DNA of 64,000 nucleotides from Mytilus edulis (Eukaryota): NCBI RefSeq assembly GCF_963676685.1, contig NC_092353.1, positions 23,870,001 to 23,934,000 of the forward strand, read 5' to 3'. Shown piece by piece: positions 52,648 to 63,233 of this stretch (position 1 is its first letter; each line of letters starts with the position of its first letter). The notes under the pieces were generated by a model. It saw only the letters and a program-made list of their open reading frames with translations, ran no database searches and was not told where the DNA came from. The position numbers and the translations under genes were made by a program.

Positions 52648-53380
52648 CTGTTATATGTTTCAGAAAATGTAATAAGAAAAGGGAGTGGAATTTTTCTTTT
52701 GGCTATATTTTGGGGAAATATATGACATCCTTGCACCACTTTTGAACTCTTTTATAGCAAAAAGTAAAATCACAAAAATACTAAACTCCAAAGAAAATTC
52801 AAAACGGAAAGTCCTTAATCAAATGACAAAATATTCTATTTTTTAAAAACGCTTCAAACGAATAGATTATAACAACTGTATAAAAGTTTATTGTTGCCAT
52901 CGATATACCAAATAAAAATTATATTCTACCATTTAAGCTACAATACATAAAATATATGATGATATTGATTGCATACATATACACATATGCCAAAAACAGT
53001 CAGCTTTATTTGTATATATCTTTATTCCAACAAACCATTTATATTGGGGGGAACAGGATACCGACGGATTTTCCGGAATTAATCATTTATTTTGTAAGCC
53101 ATACTTATCCCTCCCTCGACAATGAAATAGTCGTCCATTCCAACATGTGAAAATCTCTATTAATAATAGCTCTGATATGATTTAATTCAGAGGAAATGAA
53201 TACTAGGTTTCCATATATATATTCGTGTTTAAACAGAGGCTTCGAGTTCGTACATTGTTTTCTCTTATCATAGTCTCACACAAACAATGGATTTTTTTCA
53301 TATAGATAATACGCAAAGGTATGTCAAATGCCAAATGTGATAAGAAATGTAAAGTAGTCTGGACGTTATATTAACCGGAA

Positions 53381-56300
53381 ATGAACGTGCTCATCATTCC
53401 ATTCTGTAAGTACAAGATCGGCAGGTAGAAAAGTTAATCCTATTTCTATAGTACATATGTAGTCTTTTAGAGCCCACACAAGTACAAATGTATACATCAT
53501 ATAAAAGAGGAATCATTATTTGATTTACCAAAGGTGCTTGTGAAATTAATAAAAGGTCATTGAGTTAACTTTTGTAATTTGTACAGACGTACCATATAAA
53601 CTGGTAAATGAATAAAAGAAACTTATTGTTTTCTAACTATGGTGTTTACAAGAAGCAAATTATTGCGAATGAAGAAAACACAAAAAAAACATGCAAACAT
53701 TTCCACTTGTGAATAACGAGACAAAAAAGATAGAGAGGATTATTTCTTTTTATGGTGCTATGAAAACATTAGAATTAAAAGGGGAACATGTCAAAGAGAC
53801 AAAAGCACGACCAAAGAGAAGAAAAGATCACAAGTTCACCAATGGATCTTCATCACAGGGAGAAAATCCGTCATCCGTTGACGGTGATATAGATATTTAT
53901 TCTGTCTTTTTCATAAATTTCGATCCACTTATATCTAAGCTAATAATCTTTTCTTTTAATTACTCAAAAAAGTTTACATTATCAGGTTTAACACTCGTAT
54001 GCATACTGACAAACGCACAAGTGTGTGATGATCTTGACACAGCTGTTTGCAGGATACTGTCATCCTTATATCCAAAAATGTGTGATGACAGTTGTTTATC
54101 AAGTATCTGTAACAGATTTTGTGGGAACTGTCGTAAGTTCTATTGGTTTTTAGAAGTAAAATAACAAAATATCCAAGGGAAACTCTAAATGGAAAGTATT
54201 TTATAAAATGGATATAGCACATGCTCAAAAACGTTTAACATCTGTCATATTCCTGACTTGGTACAATCATTTCCTAATGTAGAAAATGGTGGATGAAACC
54301 AGTTTAATTAGTGGACTAGTTATTTATTTTTTTTCATTTCAATTGAAAACAATCTTAGTTTTCATTGCTTTTACCTATTTCTCCGCAAAAAAACAATCTT
54401 TAGAACTATTCATTATAGTAAACAAGAAAAAATCGTTTAATCCACATCGAATGCAAAATAACTATGTCTTTTCCAGATTGAGTTGTTAATTTAATCTTAG
54501 CACCGAAACATAAAACTCACTGTCGGTTAATCATGTCGGTTTGGCATTCAATGGAATGTAACATTTTATTTTGTAGCTGTAAGGTGTTATTATAGCAGAG
54601 AAATAGTCAATCCAGCAAACTGTTCCACTATAGTCGACTGTCCATCTATAGATCATGTATGTATGGGTTTAAATGAAAAGTAAAATCACAACAATACTGA
54701 ACTCCGAGGAAAAATTCAAAACGGAAAGTCCTTAATCAAATGGCAAAATCAAACGCCCAAACACATCAAACGAATGGCCAACAACTGTCATATTCCTGAA
54801 TCAGTACAGGCGTTTTCGTATGTAGAATGGTGGATTAAACCTAGTTTTTTAGATAAACCTCTCACTTTGAAAAGATTGAAGAAGGACGCAGTGTTTCTAC
54901 TTGTTAACCATCTTTTGTTAAATTAAGAAATATGATAACAGTATAGATTTCATATTTACCTTCTCCTGGAAATAGTTCTGTTTTTGAAAATATAGATCAT
55001 GCTACTATACTATTCACACATAATTTAATGAAATCAATTTTTGATAGTGTGTTCAAATAATAAATAATTAGATTTTCAATGTTGATAAATATAATGTTTC
55101 AGTGATAAACACATCTATTAACTTTCTGTGTAATTGAAAACAACCATATAGATTAATGAGCAATTATCATCTCCACTTATTAGGTCTATTATAATAAAGC
55201 TGATGTAAACGGAAGACAAAGAAACACCACCAGGAATAACAATGTTTTCTAGGGTTATACAAAACCATCTTTATATACTCATAAACGTAGTCATTAACAA
55301 TGTAAAAAGATAATATGTTCATCAAACAAATAATATAAGCAGTTTAACCATATAAAATATATAACACACCACAGTAAAAAAAAACCTACACAGTGTGATA
55401 TAAATATTTAAAATTGTTAAACATTATTTTTGGATCCTCAATGCTCTTCCACTTTGTACTTGTTTGGCTTTATAAATATTTTGATATGAGCGTCACTGAT
55501 GAGTCTTATGTAGACGAAACGCGCGTCTGTCGTACTAAATTATAATCCTGGTACCTTTGATAACTATAACTGTCGCCTATCGTCTTCAACTTTATACAAC
55601 ATCGTCCGGAAAATGTATGACATATTTGCCACTGGATCAATCAATAATGAGTATGCCTATAGATAAGTTACCCAACAAACAATCAAGTAAGCAATTTCGT
55701 TCGAATATAATCATTAAATGATCGATTTTATTCAAATAGATTCAGCTATTTTGTTCAGTATCTATTTGCTTACTTTGTGAAAAATAATACAGAGTCAAGG
55801 AAAATATACACCGAGGAGGATATCACTGCCAGGCTGGACTTTTTAATTGACAACATATTTGTTGACTTTGGAGGTTTTGTCTTCCAACAGACTATTGTAA
55901 TCCCAATGGGTACCAATTGCGCTCCTCTACTTGGAGATTAGTTTTTACATTCCTATGAAGCAGAATTTATTCAAGGGCTTGTAAAGAAAGGAGAAAAGAA
56001 ATTAGCCCAGTCATTTAATTTCAATTTTCGGTATATTGATGGTGTACTGTCTCTTAATAATAATAGATTCAGTGATCACTTACATTTAATATATCCAAGT
56101 GAACTTGAAATTAAAGATACTACCGACAAAGATAAATCTGCTTCATATTTAGACCTTTTTCTCGAAATGACTACTGATGGTAGGTTGAATACCAAAATTT
56201 ATGACAAACGCGATGATTTTTATTTTCCTATATTCAACTTTTTATTTCTGTGTAGCAATATCCCAGCGGCACCGGCATATGGAGTATATGTGTCTCAATT

Positions 56301-59300
56301 GATACGTTACTCTAGAGCTAGCTCAAAGTACGTTGATTTAGTTGAACGAGGAATACTGCTTTCTCAAAAGTTGTTAAGACAGGGCTATGAATCAATCAAA
56401 TGAAGGTCATCATTCAGGAAATTTTACGGTCGCCATCATGAGCTGATTGGCCATTATGACAAAAGTGTGTCAAAGAAATAACACGACGGGTGCCGTATAT
56501 GGTGCAGGAAATGCTTACCCTTCCGGAGCACCTGATTTCACACTTGGTTTTTAGTGGAGTTCGTGTTGTTTCTTATTTATTATTTATAACTGTTGATGTA
56601 AATGTCGTTTGGTTTAATGAGTCTTTGTTTACTCCTTGGTTTTGATTGTTATTGTCTTGTAATGAAGACATATTGGACTGAAATTTAATGTTATTATTTT
56701 GTTGACATTATTCTCTCGCATTTCAGTATTGTTTCACATCAGAAACATTTGCCGACGATTTTACGAAAGTATATAAAATGGGATGTGCACTAAAAAATGT
56801 AAGTTTTAAATTTATTTTATTTAGCATGTTCTAATTGAAACTTCCATATTCTAGTACATGTATGTAATAGCTTATTGTATGTACAATAAACATGTTTTAC
56901 CTTCACAGTGCAGCACATGTGCATGCTTTTTTGTGTTTAGTGTTCAGCTATTTCTCAGACTGTACTCACTTAATTTGAAATTAAATATACAATATTGCTA
57001 TTGTATATTTCGAGACAATTGAGACTAGGGGGTGTGAGGCTCATCTAATTTATATTACTATTGTAGGAATACAAAGCAAAAGTGAGCACACACTCGTCAC
57101 CGAACTTATTTAGGTCGAAAAGCGATTTATATACGTAAGACAAATCTCCAAACATTTACAGAACTGTCCAACCATCAAATTGTTTCATTTCAGACTTGTG
57201 TACTAAATGTCAATGGTGGTAGAAGGTCAGATGTTGTTGTAAAAGGTGCATGTTGCGGCATTGACAAATGCAACAATAATTTACCAGATGAAATTGATCG
57301 AATAGTAGATTTACAGCAACAAAAGATATCAGAGCTGTCACAAAGTAAAAGTAACTCATCATTTGTTTTGCAACATAAAGATATAAGAAGATGTGGTATG
57401 GGTGCCATTGACACAACTCTCCATCCAAGTCACAATTTGTAAAGATAAACCCTCACAGGTCAAAGTACGAACTTCACACTGGAGCCTAACAGCAAGCTAT
57501 CAAGGGTCCCAAAATGACTATTTTAAAACGATGCAAACAGGAAGAGCAACGATCTTATAAAAAAAAAAACGAGAAACGAGAAACATTACGAACCACATCA
57601 ACAAACCACAACCACTGAACAAAAGGTTCCTGACTTAAGAAAGGTGCAAACAAACACCGTGGGTTAAAACATAAATGTATTAGGTATAGTTGAAACTGAT
57701 TGGTTTAAAATTACAGCATTTTAATGGTTGACTAAGTTATTTTGATTTGTAGTAATTTTTACCTCTCCCGTCCGGTAATAAACCATGTACGGAACAGAGT
57801 TGTCCAGACCCCTTGTTGGTTTTGAAGGAGGCATAGTAACGCAACTATGTTCGATATGAAAGGCACGTCGAATTATCCTCCGTCTAAATACCGTCCGATT
57901 TCAATTATCAAATGTGTTGGTATAGGTAGCAATAAACAGTTAGGAGAAAAAATTTTCCCTCTTAAATTTTACCATCCCCTTTTCATTGCTTTCTTGCAAT
58001 ATTAAGCTTACTGTTTGTTTCATATATGTGCATATGTATGTAATCAGAATCTTCCATAGATATTAAATGCACTATATAAAATGGTAAAATATCATTTCAT
58101 TTAGGTGTATCCATGGCAACAGTCTGCATTTATTTGTTATAAAATATTGCAAAAAGGGGGGGAAAGATGTCACATATTTCCCCAAAATTTGGCTAAAAGT
58201 AGAATTACAATTGCTTAAAGTCATACGTTTTCTGAATTTTTTTACATATATCTTTCAATAAATCCAATGAAAATCATATGTCTTTCATCTCATTTTTTTT
58301 TTTGTAAAATTGCGTCAAAAGCTTTGTGTAGAAAAAAACTGTTTGTAAACATTACATTAATTTCTGGAACGATGGCCGGTCTAGCTATGAAAATACGGAG
58401 AGTCAAACAGAAAACAGCCCATAAAACAAGTATAAAATAATCTTGATGTTCTTATAAACCATCTTTGAAGGCTAAATTAGTAATTAATTTTAATACACAA
58501 TAACTTCCATATTTGGTGAAAAATCCACCGAGGCCAAAATGCGAAACTAGACTCCTAACTGTGTATTGCTACCATAGTCACTCACAAAATCTACTATAAA
58601 ACAAAAAAAATATATATAATTAAAAGATCGCATCAAATAAGAGAATGATGTATAATCAATTAGCAGGCGAATAGCAAAACCGATTCTTGTTTTCCATAAG
58701 TTAGTAACTCAATAATGTACCAAAAAGCATAACATTTTATAAGCAAGATTTGTCTTATTGTTACAGATAATATTACATCACACATGTCTGATTGCTTTGA
58801 TACGATTCCTAACTGCAAAGAGTACAAAACAATTGTATGTGGACAATATGCCCTCTGGTCACAGGAGAATTGCGCTCGCTTCTGTAATATGTGTGGTAGG
58901 TATATTAAGACATTATATGTAAAAACGCGACAATATCCAAATGACAACATCAATTATACGGTAACATATTGTTATGTGGATATTAATATTTTCCATTATT
59001 TAGTTACGTTTGTACTTTCCATGTCAACAGTCCCGTTATACATGTATCTCCAGTAAACGGTTATGTGTTACTTACAATGACATATGAATATATGTATAAG
59101 TTTAATCTTGGTTAACTGACTCTATTGTCTATACAAAGCGCATAACATGCATGGATCCTCTTTTTTATAGACTTCTTCATGTTTTCAGGAATCGATATAT
59201 TTTTGTCTTCTAATTTGTGGAGTTTGAGTGTTATTGACCAAGTCCAATTCAAAATAACGGTCAGGGCGGGACGTATCAGATGTAAAAAAAAAATTTAATT

Positions 59301-62300
59301 ATAGGGGCAAATGTTATAGTCACTTGTTTTCATATGATCACTGGACATGGAGCTCTGAAGTAAAGAATATTTTTCTAAGGAATAAGATAAAGGATATATA
59401 TATATATATAGTACAGTAAAACCTGTATAAACCGGCCGGCTACGGGACCATGAAAAAGGGCCGGTTTGGACAGTGAGCCGGTTTATTCAGGTTTCTGTTT
59501 TGACCGGAAGTTAATGACTTGTGACATTTTGCATGAAAAAATTCTCTCTGATTGTAAATTATATCTGATCAATTAAAATACTTTCACTTCGTTTTTCATT
59601 GTTTGCATTTGCATCATAATGCTCGCGTTGTTTGGATTGTAAGACGAGAGTTTCGATTTACTCCCATGATCAATAATTTGAAATGTTGGAATGGCCGATT
59701 GAAAAGCCAGAATATTATCAAACTTAATGTCATCACTTTCGAAACGTTGTCGTACAGTGTACAATAGCCATTGATTGTTGTCATCCGGGTGTTTTTCATT
59801 ATCAAGGTCATTTGTTTAGGGGTTCACAACAAGGAACCAAGGATTTCGAAATTACGATGTGAACTTTTTACTTCGCGATTTTAATTTTTTTATCCAAGTT
59901 AAAACGTAAGTTCAATCCGAGATAAGTATTCGGTGCGTCTTTTCGTTTAATTGACACGTTTATAATGTTTTAATAAATAAAACAGCTCACTACTGTACGA
60001 TTTTAGGTTCACAGTTTGACACCTGACTAATTGATTATCACGAAAAGTTATATTGTATCAACAAATATGTTTTGATTGCATATCGATCATTGAAATTAAT
60101 TAGACAAACCGGTTTTGACAGGTAATAATTAATGTAATTAAGAGTATTGGGACTTCATAATAAGACCGGAATTCGGAATACACCGGGTCCGGTTTACAAA
60201 GGGTATTTTAACAAAGACTTTGAATAGAAAAATATGGGACTTTCATTTTCGGCCGGAATGGACAGGAAACCGGTTTATTCAGGGTCCGGTTTAATCAGGT
60301 TTGACTGTACCACTCTTTATTTAAGGATCTTTATGAAAATATTCGAGACAGAAAAATTACATATGTATCTTAAATATCTTTAATAAAAACGGATTTACTT
60401 TGTGCAATTGATATAAATATCCATAGGAATCAATCTGGTTAAATAAAATTAACGGTACCAATTTTCTTGCACCAGATGCGCATTTCGACAATACATGTCT
60501 CTTCAGTGATGCTCGTGGCCAAAATATTTGAAATCCAAAGCTTATATAAAAGATGAAGAGCTATAATTCAAAAGGTCCAAAAAGTGTAGCCAAATCCGTG
60601 AAAGGAATCAGAGCTTTGCACGAGGGAGATACATTCCTTAATTTATATTAATTTCTAATATTTTGAAACAGTAAATTTTAATAACACAAACAATCCGTAT
60701 TTTCATGCCAGTACCGAAGTACTGGCTACTGGGCTGGTGATACCCTCGGGGAAAATAGTTCTTTGATTTTATCATATGTTCGAGCACGCGAGATAATATT
60801 AATCAGATTGCACGGGAATATCCTTCCTTCTATTATAATGTTTATTCTTGTAGAATTCACAATAAGGTATTCTAATTTTATAGTATAAAAATCCTAAATG
60901 ATTCTGTATATTTTGCCACAGTTGAAAACTCGATCTTACAGAATAACATACACGTTGAGACAGTTCAGTAAGAAATATTGTTCTACTTGAAATGTTATCA
61001 AATGCGTGTCTAATGTTTGCCGTAATATCACATGAAATTTGGTAAATACGGTTTATATAAAAACAAATATCTTGTTATATAATACTATGTTACATGACTA
61101 GAATTTGTAATTTTTTTCTTGTTAGGACCTAGTACCAAATCAAGAGTTATTCTAGCTACAACAATAACATGTAAGTTATACTAATTTTCAAGGTAAACAA
61201 AGCATTCGCATCCTTTCCCCTTGCTTCTAAGGAATAACTTTATCAATTAAGTTTCGGCATACCTATATGTGACACAAGATCACATTACAGCAAATGTATT
61301 TGTCCAACAGAAAAAGTTTCACTGAACACAATTTTATGATGGGACGTCAATATACACTAACAATTTCGAATTCGGCGTTTCGGAATGATATTTTCTTGAC
61401 ATTTTAATATTCGTGGCACTGATATAAAACTAAATCGATTGTTTTTGAACTTATATGTTTCTTCAACATTTGTTTCTCGAAAAATACAATACGATTTGAG
61501 TTTATTTATTTACGTCCAAGACGCTAATTGCATCCAAAAGGTAATTCGGCTTTTAAGTATCAGTTTCTAATATTTCTGCTATTTCTGCTGCGTTGTCAGT
61601 TTGTTTTAGATTTATGAGTTTGACTGTCCCTTTGGTATCTTTCGTCCCTCTTTTAAAAACAGAAAGATGAAAAGTATGGACAATTTTACTATAAACATGG
61701 TTTTGAAATAACAATAACTATTTCCATCAGATTGATAAAAAGAAATGATTTCTTTGTTCATAGAATAATATTTATATGGTATTTTATCTAATTCAGATTC
61801 TAGCAACATATTTATATGTAGCTAGATCGTTTTGACTTGTATCTGCAACTGCTATTCCATAATTTGATCATAATTGTAGAGAATCATATTGGATTTCAAT
61901 TGGTCTTTCCTTGTTATATCTTAATTGATTAAGTTAGAATCTTTCAGTTTTCGTACACAGCCTAGAAAGTTTTTTTTTAATTAATGCTCTCTTAAACTTA
62001 AATATAAACAAACAAACAAATAATTATGATATCAAATGGATTTTTTATTGCAATACATTTGAAAAATTAGTAATAATGATATTAAAAAAAGTATTATGCG
62101 AATATTTTACCATTTATTTTGAAAAAGCTATACCTACAATCACACCTGACTGCAAGAACATGAATGACAACGTGTGTCATAAGCTAGCGTTGGATGATGC
62201 CAAACTTTGTTCCAACGACTGTATCGCTAATAAAATTTGTCCTAGGTTTTGCAAAAAATGTTGTAAGTCTAGATTTCATTATTATTTGCCTTGATGTTAT

Positions 62301-63233
62301 TTGAATTCCGTTTCTAATATTTCTGCTATTTTTTCATATATATATTTGAATAAGCTTTCTTTATTCGGAGCTTTTAGTCTAGCAAAAAATACACCAAAAA
62401 GTATATAGAATAAATATAAATGTTGCAGAAAAGGTTAAACCAACGTATGGTATATTTAATTACATATTCTGATTTGGTTTAAACTGTATGTCTGCGGGTA
62501 TTTGTATATGTAAACAACTGCAAAATATTGTTGGGTTGTCCAGCTTGCGGAATACAGTATTAATCTTCTAAGGACAACATTCAGTAAAATGAAATGATAA
62601 GCAAACATATACAATTCTAAAAGTAATGATTTATAACCGTATGTAAGGCGTCTTATTTCGAATATATGATAAAATCAACGGTACTAATTTTGTTGCACCA
62701 GATGCGCATTTCGACAAAACATGTCTCTTCAGTGATGCTCGTGGCCAAAATATTTGAAATCCAAAGCTTATATAAAAGATGAAGAGCTATAATCCAAAAG
62801 GTCCAAAAAATATAGTCAAATTCGTGAAAGGAATCAGAGCTTTGCATGAGGGAGATACATTCCTTAATTTATAATAATTTCTAATATTTTGTAACAGCAA
62901 ATTTTAATAACACAAAAAAAATCCGTATGTTCATGCCAGTGCCGAAGTACTGGCTACTGGGCTGGTGATACCCTCGGGGAACAGTGTCTTCTAAGATTGC
63001 ATTTTAAAAATGAAACTAATTCATAATAAAAAGAAAAAACTCAGAGTGGAGAACTCGAAAATCAAGTTTAATCCCACAACATCCCCATGTGCATCTTCCT
63101 AGTCAGAAATTGATCTTTGTTGTGATGTAGTTATGGTGCATTTTACCTTAATTTTACAGATCAGTGTTATAGCTGCAGTGATATAGATCGTCTACAAGAT
63201 TGCAGTAATACCACAACATGTGAATCAGGGAAG
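53381..63233 (+). CDS. Gene 3 of the cluster (5' part; continues off the right edge): SP-ShKT-LU-[extra ShKT]-linker-ShKT-LU...
   Basis: Exons 53381-53405 (MNVLIIPF), 53986-54132, 54577-54656, 56727-56798, 57194-57344 (alternative in-phase donor 57350), 58767-58895 (extra 6-Cys ShKT), 61126-61170 (45-nt linker GPSTKSRVILATTIT), 62128-62262 (ShKT2; AAG acceptor), 63160-63233 (YQCYSCSDIDRLQDCSNTTTCESGK). Frame is open throughout and shared exon sizes match gene 1. Confidence 0.85.
55490..55533 (+). ncRNA. Minimal type I hammerhead ribozyme, sense in intron 3 of gene 3
   Basis: GCGUCA-CUGAUGA-GUC(uuaugua)GAC-GAA-ACGCGCGU-C-UGUCGU, with one U-U mismatch in stem I. It lies within R2 fragment ~55425-55567. 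Confidence 0.8.
55770..56660 (+). mobile_element. 5'-truncated, inactivated Penelope-like retroelement (RT and 3' tail)
   Basis: YFVKNNTESRKIYTEEDITARLDFLIDNIFVDFGGFVFQQTIVIPMGTNCAPLLGD*...FRYIDGVLSLNN...YDKRDDFYFPIFNFLFLCSNIPAAPAYGVYVSQLIRYSRA. Catalytic YIDD is mutated to YIDG and there are in-frame stops. Tail ACACGACGGGTGCC...TGCTTACCCTTCCGGAGCACCTG. Confidence 0.9.
59414..60307. mobile_element. pogo/Tigger-like (Tc1-mariner superfamily) non-autonomous element
   Basis: Imperfect ~22-bp TIRs CAGTAAAACCTGTATAAACCGG / CCGGTTTAATCAGGTTTGACTG, TA on both flanks, and repeated subterminal CCGGTTT motifs. Confidence 0.85.
60444..60752 (-). mobile_element. ~310-nt retrozyme-like monomer (R5) with an intact hammerhead at 60469-60512
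   Basis: Minus strand: GCAUCA-CUGAAGA-GAC(auguauu)GUC-GAA-AUGCGCAU-C-UGGUGC, all stems paired. Confidence 0.9.
62670..62981 (-). mobile_element. Second near-identical R5 retrozyme-like monomer with an intact hammerhead at 62695-62738
   Basis: Direct repeat of 60444-60752 at 2226 bp spacing, with the same ribozyme core and palindrome AUGCGCAU. Confidence 0.9.

Noticed and set aside
56401-56403. In-frame TGA in the Penelope-like RT as possible selenocysteine
   Set aside because: It falls where the other copy has Leu (VKLKSS), and this copy also has a TAG and a dead YIDG, so it is ordinary decay.
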